In this document: positions 22,652-32,660 of the stretch, piece after piece
Numbering within the stretch: the stretch's first letter is position 1
Layout of the letters: every line of letters begins with the position of its first letter
Assembly (NCBI GenBank): GCA_030141605.1
Contig: JAQGDQ010000040.1
Location: 848,721-912,720, forward strand
DNA length: 64,000 nt
Direction of reading: 5' to 3'
From: Tubiluchus corallicola
Taxonomy: Eukaryota; Animalia; Priapulida
Made by a program: the position numbers and the translations under genes
The notes under the pieces: model-generated
What the model was told of the DNA's origin: nothing
Databases searched by the model: none
Seen by the model: only the letters and a program-made list of their open reading frames with translations

Positions 22652-23169
22652 GCTTATCTTATTTTAAAAAGTAGCAGCTTACTTCACATTTATAAATAGG
22701 GTTATACCCATCAAAACGTAATGCATGATTACGAAAAACAGATCACACAAGCCAAACACTTTGTAAATGTAGCTCGTTTTACCAATTTAGAGGTAGGGGA
22801 GAAACCACTTTTATTTGCACCAATGAAAAATATCTTTGCTCTTTTCGCTACTCTTTCCCGGTAAAGGTGTGGTAAATACTACTTTAGCATGGAATTAAGC
22901 TGTCTATCCTCAATACTTAACTTTAACTCATCGAATTCACCCCGGTATGAGTCAAAATATTGCACTTTAATTAAAAGACACGGAGTATAACTCTTTAAAG
23001 AGTAAAAAGCTGAACTTATCTCTTTATTTCGCAATAATGCTCAGTCCGCTATAATAAAAAATATTGACTTTATAGGCTTAATTATACTGTTTATTACTGC
23101 TAATACTGTTGTTATTCACAAATCTATTTCTATATTTGTTTTGATTTGTTTTGTTTGAATCGTGTATAG

Positions 23170-23796
23170 ATGAGAAGAATAGAACTTAGCGTTTTTGGTT
23201 TATCCTACAGTGGCACAAAGTCAGGGGTATATGCGTTGCTGCTCTCGGAAAAAGATGGGAAGAAAAGAATTCCGGTAGTAATTGGCACAGCAGAGGCGCA
23301 GGCAATCGCGATACAGCTTGAGGGTTTAAAACCACCAAGGCCTCTCTCTTATGACCTGTTTTTGAGCATGTCAGAGGCGTTTAATATCAAGGTGGAGGAA
23401 GTATTTATTCATAAACTTGAAGAAGGTGTTTTCTTTGCAGAGATTATATGTATCCAGAATCAAAACCGTATAACTATTGACTCTAGGACTTCTGATGCAA
23501 TTGCTTTGGCATTGCGCTTTAAATGTCCTATATATACAACGGAGAAAATTCTTGAAGAAGCAGGGATGATCATAGAGCTTGAGAAAGATGTGGAGGAGGA
23601 TAAGAAAGAGAAGCAGAAAGAAGAAAAAGAAGAAATGAGTATGGATAAAGCGCGTGTTCTGAACGATGAAGAGAATAAGTACGCAGCGTTTTCGACTAAA
23701 GATCTGGAGGAAGCACTGAAGAGACAAGTAGCGCAGGAAAATTATGAAGAAGCATCCATAATAAGAGATGAAATAAAAAAAAGAAAAAAACAATAA
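23170..23796 (+). CDS. Bifunctional nuclease family protein (DUF151) with UvrB/C motif
   Basis: IG..EAQAIA, PPRPL.YDLF, DSRTSDAIALA, ENYEEAS.IRDEI; TATATTTG at 23131. Confidence 0.9.
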   Translation: MRRIELSVFGLSYSGTKSGVYALLLSEKDGKKRIPVVIGTAEAQAIAIQLEGLKPPRPLSYDLFLSMSEAFNIKVEEVFIHKLEEGVFFAEIICIQNQNRITIDSRTSDAIALALRFKCPIYTTEKILEEAGMIIELEKDVEEDKKEKQKEEKEEMSMDKARVLNDEENKYAAFSTKDLEEALKRQVAQENYEEASIIRDEIKKRKKQ

Positions 23797-24041
23797 CCTA
23801 GTTCAGAAGTAGCTTATTGTTTAACCCTAGGGAGCTTTTTAATAATTGCTGCATAAATGGTGCTGTCTTTATGGCTTCAGTTAGCAAAACCCTAAATGGC
23901 CGCCGGTACACATAACAATAGCTGTACTACTATCGATAAACTTAATGAACAAAAGCATATAGCTGATATACTTAAAGTAGCTTTATGCATAATTAAAATA
24001 TCTGTTTTTGAGTATTAAATTTTTAACAATTAATTGAATAT

Positions 24042-24836
24042 ATGAAGCAATACCTAGGGCTTCTTCAGCATATTTTAGACAAAGGCGAGGCAAGAGAGGA
24101 TCGTACAGGAACGGGGACTATAAGTGTTTTTGGATATCAAATGCGCTTCAGCCTGGATGAAGGCTTTCCGCTGTTAACGACAAAAAAACTTCACTTAAAA
24201 TCGATAACTCACGAACTACTGTGGTTTTTGATGGGAGAGACGAATGTTCGGTACCTACAGGAGAATGGGGTAAAGATATGGGATGAATGGGCTGATGAAG
24301 ATGGTGAGCTGGGGCACATATACGGTTATCAGTGGAGAGCATGGCCTACGCCAGATAATGGGCGTATAGATCAGGTTATAAGACTTATTGATGATATTAA
24401 GGAGAACCCTTCATCAAGAAGGCTTATCCTTAGTGCGTGGAATGTGGGAGAGCTGGACAAAATGAACCTGCCTCCGTGCCATATATTATCTCAATTTTAT
24501 GTAAACAAAGGAAAGCTTTCATGTCAACTGTACCAGCGAAGTGCTGATGTCTTTTTGGGTGTACCATTCAACATAGCCTCCTATGCGCTGCTTACAATGA
24601 TGATAGCGCAGGTTACGGGACTTTCTCTGGGGGACTTTATTCACACTTTTGGCGATGCCCATATATACAACAATCACATTGAGCAGGCAAAACTACAGTT
24701 ATCAAGAGAACCTTACCCTCTGCCTGAAATGAAGATAAACCCTGGTGTACGTGATATTTTGGGCTTTAAGTATGAAGATTTTGAGCTAAAAGGATATAAG
24801 GCTCATCCCCATATCAGAGGTGAAATTTCAGTGTAA
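24042..24836 (+). CDS. thyA: Thymidylate synthase
   Basis: [30 protein letters not shown]. Confidence 0.99.
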   Translation: MKQYLGLLQHILDKGEAREDRTGTGTISVFGYQMRFSLDEGFPLLTTKKLHLKSITHELLWFLMGETNVRYLQENGVKIWDEWADEDGELGHIYGYQWRAWPTPDNGRIDQVIRLIDDIKENPSSRRLILSAWNVGELDKMNLPPCHILSQFYVNKGKLSCQLYQRSADVFLGVPFNIASYALLTMMIAQVTGLSLGDFIHTFGDAHIYNNHIEQAKLQLSREPYPLPEMKINPGVRDILGFKYEDFELKGYKAHPHIRGEISV

Positions 24837-24906
24837 AAACGAACTCTTAAAAACATTTGACTGACCGCTAAACCTGTCTTACATCAATTTACTATGTGCT
24901 TTTAAT

Positions 24907-25419
24907 ATGATTTATAAAAATATATCCATAATAGTGGCAATATCAGAGAACTTTGCAATAGGGAAGAGCAATAACCTGCTGTTTCACCTTCCTGATGATC
25001 TGAAACGCTTTAAAAATATAACTTCCGGCCACACTGTTATTATGGGTAAGAACACCTTGCTCTCTCTACCAAATGGTCCACTGCCAAACAGGAGGAATAT
25101 TGTTATTTCGGACCAGGTAGGAGAAACATTTGACAACTGTGAAACGGTATATTCTATTAAAAGCGCCATAGAGGCAGTGGCTAGCGAAAAGGAAGCTTTT
25201 GTTATCGGTGGAGGCATGATATACCGTGAATTCTATCCCATTGCAGGGAAGCTATACCTCACACTTGTTTATAAAAACTTCGATGCAGATACATTTTTCC
25301 CCGAAATAAATTTTGATGAATGGCGTGAAGTGGCGAGAGAGGATATAAAAGACCAGAAAAACAAATTTGACTACTCATACATCGATCTGGAAAGGAGTGT
25401 ATTATCCAGGGAAAAATGA
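24907..25419 (+). CDS. folA: Dihydrofolate reductase
   Basis: IGK.N.L...LPDDLKRFK, PLPNRRN, VIGGG, ADTFFP; follows thyA. Confidence 0.96.
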   Translation: MIYKNISIIVAISENFAIGKSNNLLFHLPDDLKRFKNITSGHTVIMGKNTLLSLPNGPLPNRRNIVISDQVGETFDNCETVYSIKSAIEAVASEKEAFVIGGGMIYREFYPIAGKLYLTLVYKNFDADTFFPEINFDEWREVAREDIKDQKNKFDYSYIDLERSVLSREK

Positions 25420-25585
25420 ATTGATTGCAAACCTCTACTTTTTTAATATCTTTGACTTAAAAAGGATTTATTTACTTTTATACATTAAATCGAAAATAAA
25501 ATACCACTGCCGGTTTATCAGGCTATTTTATTTATTTTTGTAAAAGATAAAATACTATATATTTAAAATAAAGAAATAAAAAGCT

Positions 25586-27262
25586 ATGTTCAAAAAAAGT
25601 ATATTACTTGCAGCCTTGTCGCTATTGCTATTGCAACAACGCACAGTTGATGCTTGCACCAGTTTTCTTATTACCAAGGGGGCATCAACAGACGGTTCAA
25701 CAATGATAACATATGCTGCCGACTCGCATACGCTGTATGGAGAACTATACTTTTGGCCTGCCGCTGATTACCCTGCCGGTGCCATGCTTGATGTATACGA
25801 GTGGGACACAGGTAAATACCTGGGAGAGATACCACAGGTTCCCCACACATATCAGGTGATAGGTAACATAAACGAACATCAGCTGGCTATCAGTGAAACA
25901 ACATTCGGAGGAAGAAGAGAGCTTAGCCGCCAGTCGAATGCTATAATGGACTACGGCAGCTTGATATACATAACCTTGCAGCGTGCCAAAACTGCGCGTG
26001 AAGCAATAAAGGTTATGACCGATTTGGTTGAAAAGCACGGATACTACAGCTCTGGGGAGTCTTTTTCTATTGCAGACCCCGACGAGGTATGGATTATGGA
26101 GATGATCGGAAAAGGTGAATTTGAAAAAGGCGCTGTATGGGTGGCAATGAAAGTTCCAGATGGCTACATATCAGGGCATGCCAACCAGGCACGTATTACA
26201 AAATTCCCTCTTAGCTCTCCCAAAGAGTGCATTTACTCTAAAGATGTTATCTCGTTTGCACATGAGCGGGGGTGGTTTGATGGAAAAAATAGGGATTTTA
26301 GCTTCTCTGACGCTTATGACCCGGTGGACTTTAGTGGAGCCCGGTTTTGCGATGCACGTGTATGGGCAGGGTTTAGTAAAGTAAAATCAGGAATGAGCAT
26401 ACATGAAGACTATGTTTTGGGAAAACTGGAGAAAGACAAGGCGGGTGTTACAACCAATCGCATCCCTCTATGGATAAAACCTGATGCTCTGTTGAGTGTA
26501 GAAGATGTAATGGGGATGATGCGCGACCATTTTGGAGGTACGGTACTTGACATGACACACGATATTGGAGCCGGAGCACATAAGTTGCCGTACAGATGGA
26601 GAGGATTGACATGGCAGGTAGACTCGGTAAACTATTGCAATGAACGTGCTATATCTACCCAGCAAACGGCGTTCTCATTTGTCGCGCAATGTAGAAAAGA
26701 ACTACCTGCCCCGATAGGTGGAATACTATGGTTTGGTGTTGATGATAGCTACTCTACATGCTATATGCCCATATATTGTGGTATCAATGAAGTACCAAAC
26801 TCTCTTAAAGTTGGAAATGGTGACATGATCACATGGTCGGACAACTCCGCTTTCTGGATCTTTAACCTTGTCACAAACCTCTGTTATCTGCGCTATGACG
26901 ACATGATCAAAGATTTGCAAAAAGTACAGAACCAGCTGGAATCGAAATTTATATCCTACACCCCTGCTGTTGATAAAGCAGCGCTGGCACTATGGAACGG
27001 TGGAGAGCAAAAACTTGCACGGCAATTCCTTACAGATTACTCGCTTAACCAAGCTGCTATTACATTTGACCAGTGGAAAAAACTTGGACAGTACCTTGTA
27101 GTAAAATACAAGGATGGCAACATTATGAAAGAAGAAAATGACCGGTTTAAAAGAAATAAGCATGGCAAAATGGCTGCACCTCCTCACCAACCCGGATACT
27201 CGGAATCGTGGTATAGAAGAATCGTGGAGGATAGAGGTGATCACTTTAAAGTTTTGGAATAA
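25586..27262 (+). CDS. C69 family dipeptidase (Ntn hydrolase), secreted
   Basis: Signal peptide then CTS nucleophile; INEHQLAISETTFGGR, SSGESF, HANQARI. Confidence 0.9.
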   Translation: MFKKSILLAALSLLLLQQRTVDACTSFLITKGASTDGSTMITYAADSHTLYGELYFWPAADYPAGAMLDVYEWDTGKYLGEIPQVPHTYQVIGNINEHQLAISETTFGGRRELSRQSNAIMDYGSLIYITLQRAKTAREAIKVMTDLVEKHGYYSSGESFSIADPDEVWIMEMIGKGEFEKGAVWVAMKVPDGYISGHANQARITKFPLSSPKECIYSKDVISFAHERGWFDGKNRDFSFSDAYDPVDFSGARFCDARVWAGFSKVKSGMSIHEDYVLGKLEKDKAGVTTNRIPLWIKPDALLSVEDVMGMMRDHFGGTVLDMTHDIGAGAHKLPYRWRGLTWQVDSVNYCNERAISTQQTAFSFVAQCRKELPAPIGGILWFGVDDSYSTCYMPIYCGINEVPNSLKVGNGDMITWSDNSAFWIFNLVTNLCYLRYDDMIKDLQKVQNQLESKFISYTPAVDKAALALWNGGEQKLARQFLTDYSLNQAAITFDQWKKLGQYLVVKYKDGNIMKEENDRFKRNKHGKMAAPPHQPGYSESWYRRIVEDRGDHFKVLE

Positions 27263-27310
27263 CTGCAATAAAGGAGTGCAGGAGCATTTAATTATTTAAA
27301 TAATTTTCTA

Positions 27311-27318
27311 TACTTTTG
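27311..27318 (+). promoter_or_regulatory. Putative -7 element of the rplS promoter
   Basis: TACTTTTG(C) ~100 bp upstream of rplS. Confidence 0.5.
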
Positions 27319-27416
27319 CGGTGGAATTTATTACGCATAAACTCTTTATAGAAAAGAGAGAAGAAAAACTGCAATGTTCGCAGGCTTAACATACTGACTT
27401 AAAAATACTAAGAGAA

Positions 27417-27782
27417 ATGAATCTCATTAAAATAGCAGAGGGCGCCTTTAAAGAAGAGACAAAAGAACACCCTAATTTTGGATCGGGGGATACCATTACG
27501 GTTAAATACAAAATTATAGAAGGTAATAAGGAGAGAACTCAAAACTACAGGGGCATAGTTATCCAGACCAGGGGTATCGGCTCATCAAAAACATTTACCG
27601 TACGTAAAATGTCGGGAAATATTGGTGTTGAAAGAATCTTCCCCACAAACTCGCCATTTATCGAAAATATTGAAGTGAACCGCAAAGGACGTGTAAGACA
27701 GGCGAGATTATTTTACCTGCGCAAGCTTACCGGTAAAAAGGCCAGAATAAAAGAAAAAATCTTTTATAACTCACCTGTCTGA
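27417..27782 (+). CDS. rplS: 50S ribosomal protein L19
   Basis: [27 protein letters not shown]. Confidence 0.98.
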   Translation: MNLIKIAEGAFKEETKEHPNFGSGDTITVKYKIIEGNKERTQNYRGIVIQTRGIGSSKTFTVRKMSGNIGVERIFPTNSPFIENIEVNRKGRVRQARLFYLRKLTGKKARIKEKIFYNSPV

Positions 27783-28071
27783 AAGACTTTCTGCACAGCA
27801 GCACTTCCTTCTTCTTACGATAGAAGAAAAAAACAGAACACTATGATGAATAAAGGGGCAGCGTAGATCCACCACTGGTGCCCCTATGCGGAACAAAACG
27901 CTATGGCTTGAGCTGAAAAGAGCAAATGATAATTTTCAGTCCGCTTACAAATAAAAAACTCAAAAAAGGTTTTCATCCCCCCCGTAGAATAAATTATTAG
28001 CCATCTGCCCTCTGTAATCATTTGAAAACCAAATTGGGTGAATTTGTGAAAAAGTCTTAAAGTAAAAACTT

Positions 28072-28098
28072 CGGGATGTAGCGCAGTCCGGTAGCGTA

Positions 28099-28139
<41 letters not shown>

Positions 28140-28145
28140 TCCCGA
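28072..28145 (+). tRNA. tRNA-Pro (CGG)
   Basis: Acceptor CGGGATG/CATCCCG; anticodon arm CTTCG-TTCGGGA-CGAAG; T loop GGTTCAAATCC; CCA not encoded. Confidence 0.95.
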
Positions 28146-28719
28146 CATAACAAGACAACCTACTAAGAGCAGGTTGTCTTGTTATGTCGGCGAATGTTAA
28201 CACATGTTATAACTGTATTCAAAGAAAATTTAAAATTTAATCAACAAGGTACTAGCAAAAAGTAAAAATTTTCAACAACCGTTGATTTTTTTTAAAATCG
28301 GGCATCCCGTCAAAATTTATAACTGTCAATGTCAACCTATCGTCGGGGCGTGTCAGCCCGTCAACCGGATTATTGGAATTGCCGTCCTCGTTCCTGCGGG
28401 CGGCAAAGAGCATCCCGACCCGCTTGTCAAAAACTCCGCCAAAAAACACTTTCCCTCCGCATTCTAATCAACGTCCGTGCCATTGGGCGGACAACAACCT
28501 TACTGGTTCTAATCAAAAGTAGTGCGCCGCCCACATCATCATCATCATATTTTTTAATGCTAAAAATTATTCAAAATATGTTTAATAATACCTAAAACAT
28601 GCTTTAAAGACAAAGCAAAATACTACTTTAGCATAAAATAAAGTATTTAAGACTTAATATTTAGCTTTCTAAATATAAATTAATTTGCTTACATTTGAAC
28701 TCTAACTTAAATTGTATTA

Positions 28720-28923
28720 ATGAAAGTGTACAACAGAATTAAGGCAGTTTTGGCTGAACAAGGGAAAACCAACAATTGGTTGGCAGACCAAATGAAGATG
28801 AACAGGACAACAATTTCAAAATGGTGCAGAAACGATATGCAGCCCAGAATAGAAACACTTTTTCAAATAGCAATGGTGTTAAATGTAGATGTAAGGGAGC
28901 TTTTGGTATCAACAAAGAAGTAA
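28720..28923 (+). CDS. XRE/Cro-type helix-turn-helix regulator
   Basis: NRIKAVLAEQGKTNNWLA...TISKWCRN..QP; TACATTTG at 28690. Confidence 0.88.
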   Translation: MKVYNRIKAVLAEQGKTNNWLADQMKMNRTTISKWCRNDMQPRIETLFQIAMVLNVDVRELLVSTKK

Positions 28924-28952
28924 CTCATTTATTAATTTAATTTATAATAATC

Positions 28953-29675
28953 ATGGCTATATCAAGAACATACAAAGTAAAAGATGTTGAAATGTTACTG
29001 GCGTCAAAGACAATTGCCGGAACACTTAGTGAAAACCTGGGCGACCTTTCAATTGCCCGTAGTAATTGGAACGAAACCTACCTTTCAGAGTTATCCACCA
29101 AAATTGATAATGCAATAGACAACTATTTGGGTTTGGACAAGAAAAAAGAGCTTCGTGATGCAACCTCAAAATTATCTGCTCTTCAGGCTCCTGCCTTACG
29201 TGATTTATCTTTTCTAAAAACTCAAATTGAAGTTGATTTTCCCAAAGAGGCAAAAGAGATTGAAAAGAAATTAGGGTACAATAAAAACCTAAGGGATGTA
29301 CAAAAAGGTGACCAAGAAGCATTAATACAATTGCTCTACACCTTTAAGAAAGGAATGAACGACAATTTAAAAAACCAAATTGTTGAAAAAGGAACTAATG
29401 TTGCATTAATTGACCGTATTATTGGCTATGCCGACCAGTTAAAAGAAGCCAACGTAACTCAGGAATCCCTAAAAGAAACCACCAAAGAAGTTTCCGGCGA
29501 GGCAGTTACAATTTTTAATGAAATCTACAGCGAAATCATTGGTATATGCAAAATCGCCTCAAATTTTTACCAATACGATACATTAAAGAAGGAGCAATTC
29601 ACATTTAGCAAAGTAGTTTCAAACATGAATGCCACCCGGAAAATTGGAGAACAAGGCGAAGAAATAGCCGAATAA
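28953..29675 (+). CDS. Hypothetical alpha-helical protein (240 aa)
   Basis: Long ORF downstream of the HTH gene, closed by a terminator. Confidence 0.8.
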   Translation: MAISRTYKVKDVEMLLASKTIAGTLSENLGDLSIARSNWNETYLSELSTKIDNAIDNYLGLDKKKELRDATSKLSALQAPALRDLSFLKTQIEVDFPKEAKEIEKKLGYNKNLRDVQKGDQEALIQLLYTFKKGMNDNLKNQIVEKGTNVALIDRIIGYADQLKEANVTQESLKETTKEVSGEAVTIFNEIYSEIIGICKIASNFYQYDTLKKEQFTFSKVVSNMNATRKIGEQGEEIAE

Positions 29676-29684
29676 CAAATTGAC

Positions 29685-29712
29685 AAAATCCCTCTGCGGA
29701 GGGATTTTTTTT
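29685..29712 (+). terminator. Intrinsic terminator
   Basis: AAAATCCCTC-TGCG-GAGGGATTTT followed by further Ts. Confidence 0.8.
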
Positions 29713-29740
29713 CTTAAATAATACTAAATCTTTGAATTAG

Positions 29741-29887
29741 ATGCAGAATTTACAAAACGAATTGATTGACCTGCTTAAAGAAAACGAAACACTGGTTGTT
29801 GATGGTCAGTTAAATAAAAATAAAATAGTCGAACAGGCTTTACAGGTTTCACCGAGCCTTATCAAACTCCTTTTAAAAAACCATTGA
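29741..29887 (+). pseudogene. Truncated type III restriction-modification methyltransferase (Mod) N-terminus
   Basis: MQNLQNELIDLLKENETLVVDGQLNKNKIVEQALQVSPSLIKLLLKNH* resembles type III Mod N-termini; stops at the IS256 junction. Confidence 0.7.
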
Positions 29888-30036
29888 GCTCTTCCCCTGA
29901 ATTAAACTGTTCAAGGAAATCATCATTTAATAAATCTTCTTTTTTCATTACTGTCTAAAGTTTTAAAATTAAACAAAAAAATGCCGAGGGTTGCAACCCT
30001 CGGCATTTTCTATTTACACAGTTTATGAGATAGTGC
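29872..30036 (-). mobile_element. IS256-family remnant (left end plus first codons of the transposase)
   Basis: End GCACTATCTCATAAACTGTGTAAAT; hairpin TGCCGAGGGTTGCAACCCTCGGCA; ATG at 29948 gives MKKEDLLNDDFLEQFNSGEELNGFLK, like Bacteroidota IS256 transposase starts. Confidence 0.7.
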
Positions 30037-30059
30037 TTTTTTAAAAGATTATATTAACC

Positions 30060-30623
30060 TTATAACTCGTTACGCATAGTCTCTATAATTTTTGTGTTAA
30101 GAGTTTCAATTTTCCTATATCGTTCATCGTGTCCTATTGTTTTTAACTTTTCTTGCATAGATTGTGTGTCTTTCAAATTAATGGAAGCAAGTACATTTTG
30201 GAGCTCATCATTAAAATCTGTTGCAAGAGTTTGATATTCACTTATAAGAGGGAGAAGGTTTTTACTACAGATTAAACGAAGACCAGATAATTCTTGCTTG
30301 AGTATCATTAATGGCTCTGATGCTTTTCTAACAAAGTCCATAAGAGAGCTATTAAATTCTAAAAGTGCCTGATTTGTATCACTTTCATTACCACTAATAC
30401 ATTTAGAAAGAAAATCATTTGTAATTCCATACACCATATTAGGGTATCTTCTCAAATTAGCCATAAGTTCATCTGACTTTTTCGAATAAGAAGAATAGCT
30501 GTCAAAACGTCTATCTATTATTATATCTTTTTTTTTGAGCTTTCTATTAATAACCCATTGCACTATATTCCATACAATACTTGAAAAAGCAAGTATAGAT
30601 AAAATAACCTCCTTTATTTCCAT
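30060..30623 (-). CDS. Hypothetical protein with N-terminal transmembrane helix
   Basis: 187-aa ORF; VILSILAFSSIVWNIVQWVI then basic stretch. Confidence 0.7.
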   Translation of the reverse strand: MEIKEVILSILAFSSIVWNIVQWVINRKLKKKDIIIDRRFDSYSSYSKKSDELMANLRRYPNMVYGITNDFLSKCISGNESDTNQALLEFNSSLMDFVRKASEPLMILKQELSGLRLICSKNLLPLISEYQTLATDFNDELQNVLASINLKDTQSMQEKLKTIGHDERYRKIETLNTKIIETMRNEL

Positions 30624-30863
30624 ACTATTGTAATAGGTTTTACTATTTATTCTCCTGTGGTATTTCTTTTATAAATTCTCCATGTTCGTATAACCTTACC
30701 TTTAAGCCATACCTAAAAGTAGTGTCGTTACTGTTTAACTTCAAAACTTATTGGACAAATTGATGCTTAAAGTTAAGAGATAGTTTTATAATTCAAATTC
30801 TCTTTTTTATGGTGATGATAATTCACTGTTGACTTGTTGGAAACTCGCAGAGTTTTCAATAAA

Positions 30864-31844
30864 TCAAAAGTGATACACTGCGATTTTCTGATTCCTTTTT
30901 CTTCTTTCATTTAGCGTTTTTATTTTAATGTTTTCACGATTGCCCAGTAACTGTTTTTGCCTTCCAAAATACACGTCGGCAGGTGTAACATTCTTGAGTG
31001 ATTCATGATACCGGTGGTTGTTGTAATTATATACAAACTCCTGTAGAACCGTCATTAGTTCATCAGGAAAGTAGTAGTTATCCAACTTTACCTGATTTTT
31101 CATGGTGCGGTGGTAACGCTCAATTTTCCCTTGTGTTTGAGGGTGGTATGGGGCTACACGTAAATGTCCCATTTTGGTATCTTTTAAAAAGCTTTGAAAC
31201 TCGTTTGATATGTAGCACGCTCCATTATCGGAGAGTAACCTGGGACAATCGCCTGCAGGTATTTTGGCCGTATGTAAAGCCTTTTGAATAACATGCTTGG
31301 CATCGGCCGACTCAATGCTTTGGCAAAGCTCCCAGGTGACGATATAACTTGAATAATCGTCCATTACGGTAGCCAAATAATACCAGCCCCATCCAATGAT
31401 TTTAAAGTAGGTAAAATCGGTTTGCCATTGCTGGTGCACACGCGTGGTCTTATCTTTAAACTCATCGGATGCAGCCATTAAAATCCACGCAGGAGATGTG
31501 ATTAGCACTTGCTCTTTGAGAATCCGATATACGCTGGATTCGCTGATAAACCACTTTTGATGGTCGGTGATGTGGTGGGCTAGTTCCCTAGGCGATAAAT
31601 CTGTACGTTCCAAAGCGGTGTCTAAAACCAGTTCTCGTTCTTTGTTGGATATCTTGTCCCAGAACTTTTTGCGTTTTACCGGCTTGGGCTTGAGTGCATC
31701 ATATCCTCCCTCAAGGAAGCGCTTGTACCACTCGTAAAAGGTACTTCGGCTGATGTCAAGCTCTTCAAGTGTGCGCTTAACTCCGAATTCCGAATCTTGA
31801 ACAATACAGATAATTTCCATCTTTTCACTGGCGCTTCGTCTCAT
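30864..31844 (-). CDS. IS3-family transposase OrfB (DDE/rve)
   Basis: WQTDFTY, LLSDNG, PQTQGKIERYH. Confidence 0.9.
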   Translation of the reverse strand: MRRSASEKMEIICIVQDSEFGVKRTLEELDISRSTFYEWYKRFLEGGYDALKPKPVKRKKFWDKISNKERELVLDTALERTDLSPRELAHHITDHQKWFISESSVYRILKEQVLITSPAWILMAASDEFKDKTTRVHQQWQTDFTYFKIIGWGWYYLATVMDDYSSYIVTWELCQSIESADAKHVIQKALHTAKIPAGDCPRLLSDNGACYISNEFQSFLKDTKMGHLRVAPYHPQTQGKIERYHRTMKNQVKLDNYYFPDELMTVLQEFVYNYNNHRYHESLKNVTPADVYFGRQKQLLGNRENIKIKTLNERRKRNQKIAVYHF

Positions 31845-31879
31845 ATATTTATAAGTTACACGGTTCCAGTTAAGCTTTT

Positions 31880-32206
31880 TTAAAGCATGCGTACTTCCAA
31901 ACTCAGCTCTGCTACAAACTGCTTTAGGTCGTGGTTCTCGTTCTTTAAACCGTTTACTTCGCCCGATGTAGCTTCCCGTTTAATGTCACCTGCAAGACGT
32001 TTTTTGCCAGCTTCCATAAAACCTTTACTCCACTTGTAATAAAGATTCGCGTTGATGCCTTCTTTTAGGCATAACTCGGCAATGCTATATTCGCCACGCA
32101 TGCCCTCTAGTACAATCCTGATTTTTTCTTCAGCTGAATACTTCTTCCTCGTGTGTCTCTTAATCTCTTTTACCTTTTGTTCGGCAGTCTGTTTTTTTGC
32201 CTTCAT
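31880..32206 (-). CDS. IS3-family transposase OrfA (HTH)
   Basis: YSAEEKIRIVLEG.RGE.SIAELC..EGI...LYYKW. Confidence 0.88.
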   Translation of the reverse strand: MKAKKQTAEQKVKEIKRHTRKKYSAEEKIRIVLEGMRGEYSIAELCLKEGINANLYYKWSKGFMEAGKKRLAGDIKREATSGEVNGLKNENHDLKQFVAELSLEVRML

Positions 32207-32387
32207 CTTACTCGTTTTTATTGGTTATAATTTAAGAAATGTCTCTCTTAATTTTTAAACCAATTTGTCCGAATTAAGCTGAAGATTTACACGTGGTTCA
32301 GTGCCGCTGGTCTCTCTTCAGCTCTTGTGGCTGCAACTCAATTTAGGTAAGCTGCCCTTTTAGGGTGGTTTACTTTTTTTTGTGTAT

Positions 32388-32660
32388 TCGAAAATAATCC
32401 TACATACACGGAAAAGTATTTTACAAAAGCGGAAAGACTGTTGTCATTACGGGACAACAATTTTATAAACACGGAAAACAATCCGAAATAGACGGCAAAA
32501 TGTCCGGCACTGGTAAAAATATTGTTGACATTAACGGACAAATATTTGACGTTATAAGTTAAGCACTCGACACAAGCGGAAACATATCCGACACAGGTAA
32601 ATGAAAATCTGACAGAGGCGGAAGCATAGTTGACACAGGCGGAAAAACTTGAGGCGGTAG
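32388..32660. repeat. Degenerate 21-bp-period tandem array (~13 units)
   Basis: CGG in exact 21-bp register at 32409, 32430, 32472, 32493, 32535, 32577, 32619 and 32640. Confidence 0.8.

Larger units (their letters stand above)
30732..32291 (-). mobile_element. IS3-family insertion sequence, decayed
   Basis: 26-bp imperfect TIRs TGTTTAACTTCAAAACTTATTGGACA / TGTAAATCTTCAGCTTAATTCGGACA; orfA plus DDE orfB. Confidence 0.85.

Noticed and set aside
28252-28595. Three overlapping short ORFs
   Set aside because: They lie in the GC-rich left subterminal motif region; better explained as non-coding element end
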